From sequence record MN850584.1: 64,000 bases of DNA, one strand, 5' to 3'. Origin of the DNA: Escherichia phage arall. The position numbers and the translations under genes are program-made. The notes under the pieces are model-generated. The model had not been told where the DNA came from. It ran no database searches and worked only from the letters and a program-made list of their open reading frames with translations. Below, piece by piece: positions 37,308 to 44,845 of this stretch (positions are counted from its first letter, which is position 1; each line of letters starts with the position of its first letter).

Positions 37308-37673
37308 ATGGCTAAAAATATCAATGTTTCTGCTTATGCTACCCTGGCTAACACTGCTAAAATTGAACTATCCAGCATTGAAGCGGTACATATTAGCGCC
37401 CGTCGCTGGTTTCAAAAGTCTTATGGTAATACTTATTTCTCTTTGATGGTTGACGTTGAGATCGGCGGTAAATTGGTCGAAGTGGTTAACGTTCCGTTTC
37501 AATATGGTTATGGTGATCATTTTGATACCGTCGCCCTGGAAGAGTTTAGCAAGGTTATCAACCTGGAAGGTAAAGACTTTTCAAATTATGCTTACCTTTC
37601 CCGTTTTTGCCGTGACAATGGGATCGCTGTATACAGTCATGCAAGCGATGTTAAACGTAAAAAAGATTTATAA
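37308..37673 (+). CDS. Hypothetical early protein
   Basis: 121 aa ORF. Confidence 0.55.
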   Translation: MAKNINVSAYATLANTAKIELSSIEAVHISARRWFQKSYGNTYFSLMVDVEIGGKLVEVVNVPFQYGYGDHFDTVALEEFSKVINLEGKDFSNYAYLSRFCRDNGIAVYSHASDVKRKKDL

Positions 37674-37679
37674 AAAGCA

Positions 37680-37707
37680 TTGACAGCACGAATAAAAAGC
37701 ATATAAT
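37680..37707 (+). promoter_or_regulatory. Consensus sigma70 promoter (TTGACA-16-TATAAT)
   Basis: Perfect hexamers. Confidence 0.6.
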
Positions 37708-37720
37708 ACTTATATCGAGA

Positions 37721-37737
37721 GCGGGAATAGTTCCCGC
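37721..37737 (+). promoter_or_regulatory. Conserved 5'-UTR hairpin (family member 5)
   Basis: GCGGGAA-TAG-TTCCCGC. Confidence 0.6.
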
Positions 37738-37761
37738 CTCACTGAAAAAGAGATTAACATC

Positions 37762-38001
37762 ATGGCTAAATCTAAAATGTACAACGGTCACAAAAATAAA
37801 ACTCATTGGAATGTAAGCCTTTGGATCAACAACGATGAAGGTTTTTATAATCTTGCGCGTGAATTTATCGCAGCTAACACCAATAAGAATGACGCAGCGC
37901 GTGATATGATGTTATTTCTTGAAAGTATGGATCAAGATAAAACGCCAGACGGATTCAAGTTCAGTAAAACCGCGATCCGTGCCGCTATGGTTGGAATGTA
38001 A
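37762..38001 (+). CDS. Hypothetical early protein
   Basis: 79 aa ORF. Confidence 0.5.
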   Translation: MAKSKMYNGHKNKTHWNVSLWINNDEGFYNLAREFIAANTNKNDAARDMMLFLESMDQDKTPDGFKFSKTAIRAAMVGM

Positions 38002-38014
38002 AGGAGACATAAAA

Positions 38015-38095
38015 ATGAAACATCGTTCGACCTATCTCACAAAACGTTTTAGCTTAGATCATAAATTGGGCTACTACGGAAGAAATAGAAAATAA
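38015..38095 (+). CDS. Small basic peptide (26 aa)
   Basis: AAGGAG 8 nt upstream of ATG; very short. Confidence 0.25.
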   Translation: MKHRSTYLTKRFSLDHKLGYYGRNRK

Positions 38096-38096
38096 T

Positions 38097-38124
38097 TTGA
38101 CAACGTTTTAAATTAGTGTAAGAT
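38097..38124 (+). promoter_or_regulatory. Sigma70-like promoter (TTGACA-16-TAAGAT)
   Basis: Upstream of hairpin 38136. Confidence 0.45.
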
Positions 38125-38135
38125 ATATCACATAA

Positions 38136-38156
38136 GGCGGGAAATGGTTTCCCGCC
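38136..38156 (+). promoter_or_regulatory. Conserved 5'-UTR hairpin (family member 6)
   Basis: GGCGGGAA-ATGG-TTTCCCGCC; near-identical to member 2. Confidence 0.6.
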
Positions 38157-38178
38157 AAATCAAAGAAAGGTTATAATT

Positions 38179-38406
38179 ATGGCTATCGTTATTGTTCGCG
38201 TATCCGGTACGGTTGGAAGCTCCCAGGTAGTAGCAGTTATCACAGAGAAGAAAGGGGATGATCTTCACTCTTCCTTGAATAGCTGGGCGGTCGCTAATTT
38301 TGGTCAGTGGTCGAGCGTCGAGTATATCGAATCCTACCAGGTGCCAACGATTAGCCTGACCGATCTCAACGTTGATCGTCTGTTATGCCTGGATGAATTA
38401 ATCTGA
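38179..38406 (+). CDS. Hypothetical early protein
   Basis: 75 aa ORF. Confidence 0.5.
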   Translation: MAIVIVRVSGTVGSSQVVAVITEKKGDDLHSSLNSWAVANFGQWSSVEYIESYQVPTISLTDLNVDRLLCLDELI

Positions 38407-38415
38407 AAAAGATTG

Positions 38416-38443
38416 TTGACACGGGAAAGAAAAAGAGTAAACT
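38416..38443 (+). promoter_or_regulatory. Sigma70-like promoter (TTGACA-16-TAAACT)
   Basis: Upstream of hairpin 38454. Confidence 0.4.
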
Positions 38444-38453
38444 GTATTACATA

Positions 38454-38473
38454 GGGCGGCAATAGTGCCGCTC
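38454..38473 (+). promoter_or_regulatory. Conserved 5'-UTR hairpin (family member 7)
   Basis: Identical to member 1. Confidence 0.6.
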
Positions 38474-38496
38474 ATAACAGAAGAGAGATTATCACG

Positions 38497-38712
38497 ATGG
38501 CTAATATCCGCACACTGTTAAAAAATGCAAAGCAAGTTTTATTTTCAGATGACGAATATTTTAATAAAGATATCACAGGCGTGAAAAATCTTAAAGATGT
38601 GAAAGATGTGATAGGTATTCGCGGATCTTTACGTAAAGGTGACACATACGGTAACAAGGTGCAATATAAGTTAGATCAGTTTTATGATTTTACTTTGACA
38701 ATTATTTCATAA
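38497..38712 (+). CDS. Hypothetical early protein
   Basis: 71 aa ORF. Confidence 0.5.
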   Translation: MANIRTLLKNAKQVLFSDDEYFNKDITGVKNLKDVKDVIGIRGSLRKGDTYGNKVQYKLDQFYDFTLTIIS

Positions 38713-38718
38713 AACCGC

Positions 38719-38746
38719 TTGCAATCTTAATAAAATAAAGTAAACT
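38719..38746 (+). promoter_or_regulatory. Sigma70-like promoter (TTGCAA-16-TAAACT)
   Basis: Upstream of hairpin 38757. Confidence 0.35.
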
Positions 38747-38756
38747 AAATTCATCA

Positions 38757-38780
38757 AGGCGGTGGAATAGCCCACCGCCT
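38757..38780 (+). promoter_or_regulatory. Conserved 5'-UTR hairpin (family member 8)
   Basis: AGGCGGTGG-AATAGC-CCACCGCCT, 9-10 bp stem, different stem sequence. Confidence 0.55.
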
Positions 38781-38803
38781 AACAAAGAGAAGAGGAAAAT
38801 ATC

Positions 38804-38974
38804 ATGATCACTTTCGCCACCCGTGAAGCCGCTCGCAACGTTGCACGTAAAGTTAACGCCGCCAACCTGGGCGCTACGCTTAAAGCCCCGGTGAAAGATG
38901 AATCAGGTAAATGGATCTTCCCTGGTCTGCGTCACGCTGATAAGCTGGGAACGTTAACGCTAAAAAATAAATAA
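38804..38974 (+). CDS. Small hypothetical protein (56 aa)
   Basis: ATG after AGAGGAAAA; below track cutoff. Confidence 0.45.
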   Translation: MITFATREAARNVARKVNAANLGATLKAPVKDESGKWIFPGLRHADKLGTLTLKNK

Positions 38975-38981
38975 GATCCGC

Positions 38982-39010
38982 TTGACAGTAGCATCATTTA
39001 TAAGTAAAGT
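38982..39010 (+). promoter_or_regulatory. Sigma70-like promoter (TTGACA-17-TAAAGT)
   Basis: Upstream of hairpin 39020. Confidence 0.4.
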
Positions 39011-39019
39011 AACAACAAC

Positions 39020-39040
39020 GGCGGGAAATGGTTTCCCGCC
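39020..39040 (+). promoter_or_regulatory. Conserved 5'-UTR hairpin (family member 9)
   Basis: GGCGGGAAA-TGG-TTTCCCGCC. Confidence 0.6.
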
Positions 39041-39060
39041 ATCAATAAAGAGATAAAATC

Positions 39061-39420
39061 ATGAAATCAGTAAAAGCAATTAAAACCTACATTGTGTCGG
39101 CTATTTCTTTTGAAGGTACTACAACAGAAAAAGAAAAGATCACCGAACTGATGCGCCGTTTTAACTCTGAATACTGGTATCCCGATAATCAAAAACGTTA
39201 CAATTATAACGTGATCAAGGCGATAGCCTCATGGTTACAAGGTTTACCGTCAGACATTAACATCGCCTTTGATTATAACGAGATTGATCATTTATTAATT
39301 GAATGGAAGTACATAAAAGAAACAAGCAAAGAAACAACCGTTACCCGTGAGCGGGAAAATTATTGGTTATATATTGCAAGCATGATCGTAATCCTGGCAA
39401 AACAGCATAACGTGGCGTAA
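39061..39420 (+). CDS. Hypothetical early protein
   Basis: 119 aa ORF. Confidence 0.55.
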   Translation: MKSVKAIKTYIVSAISFEGTTTEKEKITELMRRFNSEYWYPDNQKRYNYNVIKAIASWLQGLPSDINIAFDYNEIDHLLIEWKYIKETSKETTVTRERENYWLYIASMIVILAKQHNVA

Positions 39421-39435
39421 TTAAGAGGAAGAAAC

Positions 39436-39573
39436 ATGAACGCATCACAGCAGATCGAAAAATTCAACCGCAGCAAGGCGCGTAAAGATTGGAACGAAGA
39501 GATCACCAAAAAAGGCGACAAGCGGAACAAAACAAAGAGAGATCGCAGCACAAAAAGATACTGGAACGAATAA
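39436..39573 (+). CDS. Small highly basic protein (45 aa)
   Basis: AAGAGGA SD; Lys/Arg-rich; followed by terminator. Confidence 0.4.
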   Translation: MNASQQIEKFNRSKARKDWNEEITKKGDKRNKTKRDRSTKRYWNE

Positions 39574-39574
39574 C

Positions 39575-39602
39575 AAAAAAGGGCGCAATAAGCGCCCTTT
39601 TA
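39575..39602 (+). terminator. Rho-independent terminator
   Basis: AAAAAAGGGCGC-AATAA-GCGCCCTTTT. Confidence 0.65.
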
Positions 39603-39612
39603 GCTTATATAG

Positions 39613-39654
39613 AGGCTTGTTACCCATAGGCAATGGTAACGCCAGGATAAGCCT
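39613..39654 (+). promoter_or_regulatory. Nested inverted repeats upstream of gene 39693
   Basis: AGGCTT-GTTACC-cataggcaat-GGTAAC-gccaggata-AGCCT. Confidence 0.3.
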
Positions 39655-39692
39655 ATAAATCAACGTTAAACGGCTTTACAGGAGCTTTAAAA

Positions 39693-39875
39693 ATGAAATT
39701 AGACGAAATAAGCAAGGCACTAGCCCAGGGGCAAAGGTTATGCGCCCGATATCGTGATCAATATGGCTTCATAACTAGCGGCGTGATCCTGGGGATTGAA
39801 GGCAATAAGATTTTTATTGACACGTTGAAAAACGTTGTATATAGTGACAATATAATCTCAATAAAACATATATGA
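39693..39875 (+). CDS. Hypothetical protein
   Basis: 60 aa ORF, GGAG SD. Confidence 0.45.
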   Translation: MKLDEISKALAQGQRLCARYRDQYGFITSGVILGIEGNKIFIDTLKNVVYSDNIISIKHI

Positions 39876-39883
39876 GGCAAGAA

Positions 39884-40285
39884 ATGAAAAAATTATTGAT
39901 CGCTGGTTTAATCTCTTTTGGCATGGTTGGAACATCTAGCGCGGCGATATCCTCCACAGTAGCAGAATTAAGCGCCGTTGATGCAATGGAAAACGTCATG
40001 CTTATTAATAATGCGATCCCCGATGAAATCATGGAGGATTCACACATGATCGCTTATGGTGCTGTTACACAACTAACGGCAAAAATAGATAAATCTATTG
40101 TTAACGGCTTAAATGAAGATGTGCCATGTGAAATTATTACCAGTGTGCTGACTACTCAAAATTTTACGCCGTGGTTAAAAAGTATTCAAAAAGTACACAG
40201 TACAGCCGCAGATCGTAGCAATGAAAAACTAGTGTCAGCACTTGCAACGTATACCCTAGCAAAATGCACCGAGATAAAAGATTGA
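39884..40285 (+). CDS. Putative secreted/periplasmic protein
   Basis: Signal peptide MKKLLIAGLISFGMVGTSSA; ATG at 39884 (alternative 39872 overlaps upstream stop). Confidence 0.55.
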   Translation: MKKLLIAGLISFGMVGTSSAAISSTVAELSAVDAMENVMLINNAIPDEIMEDSHMIAYGAVTQLTAKIDKSIVNGLNEDVPCEIITSVLTTQNFTPWLKSIQKVHSTAADRSNEKLVSALATYTLAKCTEIKD

Positions 40286-40310
40286 CAACATAGAAAGCAC
40301 GTTATAAGAT
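40282..40310 (+). promoter_or_regulatory. Sigma70-like promoter (TTGACA-17-TAAGAT)
   Basis: No hairpin in this 5' UTR. Confidence 0.45.
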
Positions 40311-40332
40311 ACACACAACAAAGGAGAACTAC

Positions 40333-40635
40333 ATGAACGGCATAGCTAAAACGTTTTTTCTTTTTTCTGGTGTAAATGATCCATCAATAAAAGTCGATAG
40401 TGTAAAAGAAAACAATACTATCACCGCTAAATTGTTTCAAGATGAAACAAATAACGTGCTAATCATTAATCTTAAAGAAATAACGAAAGGTTATTATACT
40501 ATTGCTTACCATGCGATCTATCATGCGGGTACTAGTGAGGAAGTGCAAACAAGCAACAACGAAAGCGCGGCGCTACCTGGTGATCTGGTGCTGGGCGTTA
40601 TCAGTTTAATTGTCAATGATTTTTTTAAGGAGTAA
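40333..40635 (+). CDS. Hypothetical protein
   Basis: 100 aa ORF, AAGGAG SD. Confidence 0.5.
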   Translation: MNGIAKTFFLFSGVNDPSIKVDSVKENNTITAKLFQDETNNVLIINLKEITKGYYTIAYHAIYHAGTSEEVQTSNNESAALPGDLVLGVISLIVNDFFKE

Positions 40636-40639
40636 AACC

Positions 40640-40735
40640 ATGCCCTATTTACATTTATTTTTCGGTATCTTATTGACAGGATCTTTTTTCTTCTGTATGC
40701 TTGTTTCTATTGTAAACCACGTTTTAAGACATTAA
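40640..40735 (+). CDS. Small hydrophobic peptide (31 aa)
   Basis: AAGGAG 7 nt upstream. Confidence 0.3.
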   Translation: MPYLHLFFGILLTGSFFFCMLVSIVNHVLRH

Positions 40736-40744
40736 GGAAACAGC

Positions 40745-40864
40745 ATGAAAATTATTCCCGTACAGTATAGCGTAATAAATCCAGCATATGAGGAAGGAAG
40801 GAAAACAAGCATGGCTTTATGTTGTATTGCTACTATAGCCATGTTGTTATATATTGTGTTTTAA
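40745..40864 (+). CDS. Small hydrophobic peptide (39 aa)
   Basis: AAGGAA upstream; C-terminal TM segment. Confidence 0.3.
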   Translation: MKIIPVQYSVINPAYEEGRKTSMALCCIATIAMLLYIVF

Positions 40865-40964
40865 TAGGTTTTATAGTTGTACGCTTTAAAGGCTTGACAA
40901 TTTTTTGTTATGCTTTAAAATATATCTTGAAAACGGCAAAGGCCGCAAACAAAAGGGTAAAATT

Positions 40965-41288
40965 ATGAAATCTGTGATCGGTGTTTATTTGGATAACTCT
41001 GATTTTTTCTATCATCGCGCTCGTTTCCTTGATGCGATTGAAATGATAGAATCAGGCTTTAAAGAGTATCGCCTTGCACATGATGACCTAGAAGCATTAC
41101 AGGGCAATAGTGTTTTTACATTGCAAGCGAAAGCACTATGCAAAAGCCGGATCGACATTGCGAGCAAAAAGATAGAACGCGGCATGTCCTGGTTACGCAC
41201 CGCAGAAATCAACATGGGGCAATGGTACGGCGAAAACTTAGAAAATAAACGCACTTTTGTAAATGTAGAAAATCTTAAAGATTATTGA
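40965..41288 (+). CDS. Hypothetical protein
   Basis: ATG at 40965 (track start 40905 is inside the promoter). Confidence 0.5.
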   Translation: MKSVIGVYLDNSDFFYHRARFLDAIEMIESGFKEYRLAHDDLEALQGNSVFTLQAKALCKSRIDIASKKIERGMSWLRTAEINMGQWYGENLENKRTFVNVENLKDY

Positions 41289-41317
41289 TTGACAGCACAC
41301 CTAACAGATAGTATATT
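41289..41317 (+). promoter_or_regulatory. Sigma70-like promoter (TTGACA-17-TATATT)
   Basis: Upstream of hairpin 41330. Confidence 0.5.
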
Positions 41318-41329
41318 GTATCTCATAGA

Positions 41330-41350
41330 GCGGGGAAATGGTTTCCCCGC
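41330..41350 (+). promoter_or_regulatory. Conserved 5'-UTR hairpin (family member 10)
   Basis: GCGGGGAAA-TGG-TTTCCCCGC. Confidence 0.6.
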
Positions 41351-41370
41351 CTTAACAGAAGAGATAAGCT

Positions 41371-41655
41371 ATGAAGATCACAAAAGCACTTTCCAACTAT
41401 GCAGCACGTCGCGGATTATGTTTAACCGTTGAAAATTTAGGGAAAGAAGATTTTTTGTGCTTTTGGGAGCTTGAGAATGATAATGAGTGGATCTTCTCTT
41501 ATTCTATCTGCGAAGATCAAAACGGTTGTTTATTAACCTGGCGCGGTAATATCTATCTACCGGAAGAAATCAAAGAAGAATTACCAGGCACGATCATGAC
41601 TGAGAAACAGCTTAAGGAAGTGATCAATTTTGTAGGGCAAAACATTAAAAAATAA
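41371..41655 (+). CDS. Hypothetical early protein
   Basis: 94 aa ORF. Confidence 0.5.
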   Translation: MKITKALSNYAARRGLCLTVENLGKEDFLCFWELENDNEWIFSYSICEDQNGCLLTWRGNIYLPEEIKEELPGTIMTEKQLKEVINFVGQNIKK

Positions 41656-41656
41656 T

Positions 41657-41685
41657 TTGACACTAGGCAAACAACGTAGTAAAGT
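41657..41685 (+). promoter_or_regulatory. Sigma70-like promoter (TTGACA-17-TAAAGT)
   Basis: Upstream of hairpin 41696. Confidence 0.45.
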
Positions 41686-41695
41686 TTATCACATA

Positions 41696-41718
41696 GGGCG
41701 GGAAATGGTTTCCCGCTC
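41696..41718 (+). promoter_or_regulatory. Conserved 5'-UTR hairpin (family member 11)
   Basis: GCGGGAAA-TGG-TTTCCCGC. Confidence 0.6.
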
Positions 41719-41739
41719 ACAACAGAAGAGAAACAAATC

Positions 41740-41910
41740 ATGATCCCAACTATGTTTTATGTATCGCGCAAAGGTCACAATATTTTTTGGTCTGAAGATT
41801 TAAATGAAGCCATGACGTTTGCCCGTGATCGTGTTGCTATCGGTGGCGTTAACATTACTGTAACCGATGAAAACGGCATTGAATACTATAACGGCGACGA
41901 TGAAGAGTAA
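41740..41910 (+). CDS. Small hypothetical protein (56 aa)
   Basis: ATG after hairpin; below track cutoff. Confidence 0.45.
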   Translation: MIPTMFYVSRKGHNIFWSEDLNEAMTFARDRVAIGGVNITVTDENGIEYYNGDDEE

Positions 41911-41917
41911 TTAATGA

Positions 41918-41939
41918 GGCGGGGGGAGTATTCCCCGCC
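41918..41939 (+). promoter_or_regulatory. Hairpin (family member 12) between co-transcribed genes
   Basis: GGCGGGGGG-AGTA-TTCCCCGCC directly after stop codon, no promoter of its own. Confidence 0.5.
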
Positions 41940-41958
41940 GTCAATAAAGAGGTAAATC

Positions 41959-42228
41959 ATGAAAATATCATTGGACGTTGCAATCAAGGCCATCGAATCC
42001 GGTTACACCCTGGTAAAAGATGATAAGGCTAAAATAGTGCATCATGTTAACAAGGAAACAGGCGAAAGCATGATCACATATAAAGCCGCCTACTTTCTCC
42101 AATCAGTAGCAGATCCGCGCGTACAACGCCAGGTTACAGCGGCTATTGCTAAAAAATTATGTGCTTTACAGGGCACAAGTTTTAACGAGATCGCCCCGTG
42201 TTTTGACTGGTCGAGCTTGAAAAAATAG
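41959..42228 (+). CDS. Hypothetical early protein
   Basis: 89 aa ORF. Confidence 0.5.
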   Translation: MKISLDVAIKAIESGYTLVKDDKAKIVHHVNKETGESMITYKAAYFLQSVADPRVQRQVTAAIAKKLCALQGTSFNEIAPCFDWSSLKK

Positions 42229-42229
42229 T

Positions 42230-42257
42230 TTGATAATATGCTGTTATCTGGTAAAGT
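42230..42257 (+). promoter_or_regulatory. Sigma70-like promoter (TTGATA-16-TAAAGT)
   Basis: Upstream of hairpin 42268. Confidence 0.35.
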
Positions 42258-42267
42258 GTACGACATA

Positions 42268-42291
42268 GGGCGAGGCAATAAGGCAACGCCC
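42268..42291 (+). promoter_or_regulatory. 5'-UTR hairpin variant (family member 13, large loop)
   Basis: GGGCG-(14 nt)-CGCCC. Confidence 0.35.
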
Positions 42292-42310
42292 ATTAATGAG
42301 GGGTAGAATC

Positions 42311-42415
42311 ATGTTAGAGAAAATTTTCACGGTTGTAATAGTGGGCCTGGCGTTATCGGTTGGATTGGTTGCAACTATGGCTAACATGATCCTATCTTCC
42401 CACGGTATCGGCTAA
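42311..42415 (+). CDS. Small membrane peptide (34 aa)
   Basis: Single hydrophobic helix. Confidence 0.3.
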   Translation: MLEKIFTVVIVGLALSVGLVATMANMILSSHGIG

Positions 42416-42429
42416 AAGAGAAACACAAC

Positions 42430-42594
42430 ATGAAAACAGAAATCATTATTGAAATCATCAACGGTTATAAAGAAGCCTTTATTTTTGCCGAACCAGCGAC
42501 GGATAACAATGGGGAATATATTGAGAATCTAGACGATTATGATTTTTCTCCTAGCGCCCTGAAATATACACTACTAACACCGCCAACCGTTTAA
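42430..42594 (+). CDS. Small acidic protein (54 aa)
   Basis: ATG after AAGAG; below track cutoff. Confidence 0.35.
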   Translation: MKTEIIIEIINGYKEAFIFAEPATDNNGEYIENLDDYDFSPSALKYTLLTPPTV

Positions 42595-42671
42595 CTGATG
42601 CAGCTAAATTAATGCCATCGGTGCATGCTTACATTGGTGAAGATAATTTGATTTATATTGAATAAAAAGTA

Positions 42672-42699
42672 TTGACACCGATCCCCAATATGTTATTAT
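42672..42699 (+). promoter_or_regulatory. Sigma70-like promoter (TTGACA-16-TATTAT)
   Basis: Upstream of hairpin 42710. Confidence 0.5.
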
Positions 42700-42709
42700 T
42701 TACCACGTA

Positions 42710-42730
42710 AGCGGGAAATGGTTTCCCGCT
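42710..42730 (+). promoter_or_regulatory. Conserved 5'-UTR hairpin (family member 14)
   Basis: AGCGGGAAA-TGG-TTTCCCGCT. Confidence 0.6.
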
Positions 42731-42753
42731 AGGTAATCAAAAAGGTAAATACT

Positions 42754-43143
42754 ATGCGCAACCTGGTTTCTGTTTCTAACGTTGAAAAATTCCAATCTTT
42801 ACATGGTATCGTTAACAACGTGGCGCCTTTTTTAGTAAACGGCTTGATTGCAAAGATGAAAAATAAACATCATGCGGCATGGTCTGCTTACTGCTTTGAT
42901 AATGATGAAAAAGCGGCTGAAATGATGTTAAATATGCTGTTAGACAGTGTAGAATCATCTTTACCGGAAAACATCGCAGAAGAGATCACCTATCGTTATA
43001 ATATGGCGATCACTTACCAGGAGGTTGCGCAATTCAATATGATGGACGATGACGAACAACAGGATCAGGAAATGTTTTGGGAGTATGCAGATCGTAAATC
43101 GGCTTTTGATGAAAAGTTAGCGATGTATTATAACGAATATTAA
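42754..43143 (+). CDS. Hypothetical early protein
   Basis: 129 aa ORF. Confidence 0.55.
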   Translation: MRNLVSVSNVEKFQSLHGIVNNVAPFLVNGLIAKMKNKHHAAWSAYCFDNDEKAAEMMLNMLLDSVESSLPENIAEEITYRYNMAITYQEVAQFNMMDDDEQQDQEMFWEYADRKSAFDEKLAMYYNEY

Positions 43144-43156
43144 TACACGGTAAAAG

Positions 43157-43184
43157 AAAGGGGCGCACTAAGCGCCCTTTTTTG
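43157..43184 (+). terminator. Rho-independent terminator
   Basis: AAAGGGGCGC-ACTA-AGCGCCCTTTTTT. Confidence 0.65.
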
Positions 43185-43528
43185 TATTCTTTTTTCACAA
43201 TGGAAGCGACACGTAAAGAATAGGCGTAAAGGTGGCGTAAAACCATCTAAAACCGACTGTAACCGCTTAAACAAGGTAGGAATGATTAATCACCTTACCA
43301 GGATGAAAAAGCTGTTATAAAGCTATCTAGGGCGTTTAAAGCACATAGGAAATAATTTGCTTTTTATCTTGCCTTTTATCCTGCTTTTGATTATTATTAT
43401 GGAACGGGCGGCACCTGGGGACAGGGGAAGATAATCACCGGAAGATCCCGCTATATATTAATAGCTAATACCTATTAAACAACAAAACATCAAAGGTATA
43501 AACTATCAAATCTTTACAATTCTACCTA

Positions 43529-43557
43529 TTGACACCGGATCACGCTTACACTATTAT
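43529..43557 (+). promoter_or_regulatory. Sigma70-like promoter (TTGACA-17-TATTAT)
   Basis: No hairpin here. Confidence 0.5.
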
Positions 43558-43603
43558 TTATCACGTAGGGCAAATCATTTTAAACGGTAAACGAGGAATC
43601 ACC

Positions 43604-43987
43604 ATGAGCAATATCATCAACCTGGCAGCGACTGTAAACGGTAAAGATTTTAACGGCGCTGTAGATCGTGATCCTATGTGGTGCTTATCAGTGTTTAAAG
43701 GCGATCTGGTTGAAGTTAGAACAACCGAAGGTTATAGCGACGATTATAAATGCGAGATCCATTTACATAACTGGTACACGGGTAAAACTTATGCGCTGAA
43801 TCATGCGTTTATCGGGAAAATTGAATATCGCGAGATGATCGACGAAGAAACCGGGCAAGATTTTAGCGAAAACGTTTATATTCGTTCAGAAACATTAGCC
43901 GAACGTTTGATCGAGAAAATGAAAGCAAAAAATAAAATTAATTTAACTCATTGGATTGATATAACAAACGATCCAGCTTATCAGTAA
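43604..43987 (+). CDS. Hypothetical protein
   Basis: ATG at 43604 (track start 43529 is the TTG of the -35 hexamer). Confidence 0.55.
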   Translation: MSNIINLAATVNGKDFNGAVDRDPMWCLSVFKGDLVEVRTTEGYSDDYKCEIHLHNWYTGKTYALNHAFIGKIEYREMIDEETGQDFSENVYIRSETLAERLIEKMKAKNKINLTHWIDITNDPAYQ

Positions 43988-44001
43988 ATAACATTCCATA
44001 C

Positions 44002-44029
44002 AAGGGCGCACAAAGCGCCCTTTCTTTTT
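44002..44029 (+). terminator. Rho-independent terminator
   Basis: AAGGGCGC-ACAAA-GCGCCCTTTCTTTTT. Confidence 0.65.
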
Positions 44030-44233
44030 ACCTCAATAAAGATGATAGCTTTTACCTATCAAAAACGTTCACCGAAAAAAGTGAATAGATCGCGGTATCG
44101 AGCTAATCAAGGAGCAGATGAATAACCATACCATGAAGATCATAAGGCGCTTACAACGTGTTTTAGACCGCTTATTTTTAATTTCTTCATGCAACTATCT
44201 GGCAAAAACAGCCTTTTTCTTGTCTTTCCTCTT

Positions 44234-44250
44234 AAATGATAATCATTCTT
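44234..44250. promoter_or_regulatory. Fur-box-like site
   Basis: AAATGATAATCATTCTT; core AATGATAATCATT matches Fur consensus. Confidence 0.35.
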
Positions 44251-44290
44251 ATTTATAGCTGATTATTTATGCAATAAACTGCATAATTCA

Positions 44291-44308
44291 ATAATGATAA
44301 TCATTCTT
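44291..44308. promoter_or_regulatory. Fur-box-like site
   Basis: ATAATGATAATCATTCTT. Confidence 0.35.
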
Positions 44309-44329
44309 AACTTATGACCATCTAACCTA

Positions 44330-44640
44330 TAAAATAATAAGTTATCTAACTAAATTAAAACTAATTATCTTACTTTTATTTATAACTTACTGTTACTATC
44401 TCATTGATAACCTTATATTAAACAACAATAACTAATATAAATCATTACTAAGCTAACTATAATCTATCTAACCCTTAAAACTACAACTATAATCTATCGA
44501 ATTGTTGCACAAAGTAACTATTAAATTGTTAGTAACATTGCTAAATAATTAATATCCTATCTATTTATGATCTAATCTTTACCTTCCTATTTATTACCTA
44601 ACTAATCATTTCATACAGTAATCATTGCATACAGTAACTA
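44330..44640. repeat. G-depleted AT-rich repeat tract
   Basis: Plus strand almost lacks G; repeated CTAACT/AACTATAATCTATC (44454-44467, 44486-44499) and AATCATT-CATACAGTAA (44605-44640) motifs. Confidence 0.5.
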
Positions 44641-44676
44641 TGACAAGAAATATAATTCGCAAGCGTATCATTAGCA

Positions 44677-44845
44677 GCCTATGCCGGACACATAGGCGGC
44701 TAATATTAACGCAACTACACACCCCACATAATAACCATCGGTGATGGTTATTATTTGTGTTTATGTAGCTTGCAACAATTGCAAGCGCAACAATATACAT
44801 GGTATATTGTATTCCCTTACATTGTTGCGGTGCGTTAATATTAGC
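44677..44845. repeat. Cluster of perfect palindromes flanked by an 18-bp inverted repeat
   Basis: Hairpin GCCTATG-ccggaca-CATAGGC (44677-44697); flanking IR GGCTAATATTAACGCAAC / GTTGCG(gtgc)GTTAATATTAGC; internal palindromes ATAACCATC-ggt-GATGGTTAT (44731-44751), CTTGCAA-caa-TTGCAAG (44769-44785), CAATATAC-atg-GTATATTG (44791-44809). Confidence 0.6.

Noticed and set aside
35354-42730. Hairpins as simple rho-independent terminators
   Set aside because: Most lack a downstream U-tract and sit immediately upstream of an SD/ATG and downstream of a promoter; the true terminators (39575, 43157, 44002) form a distinct GGGCGC-loop-GCGCCC-T-run family.
43185-43528. tRNA or other RNA genes in intergenic gaps (33913-35395, 43185-43528, 44030-45809)
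   Set aside because: No T-loop or CCA-compatible acceptor signature found by eye on either strand; cannot be excluded without a tRNA scan.
40905-43606. Track start codons inside promoters (e.g. 40905, 43529) and long N-terminal extensions at 29405, 11996, 23151, 62846, 25634
   Set aside because: The track labels TTG/GTG as M; downstream ATGs with SD sequences and sensible overlap with neighbours were preferred.
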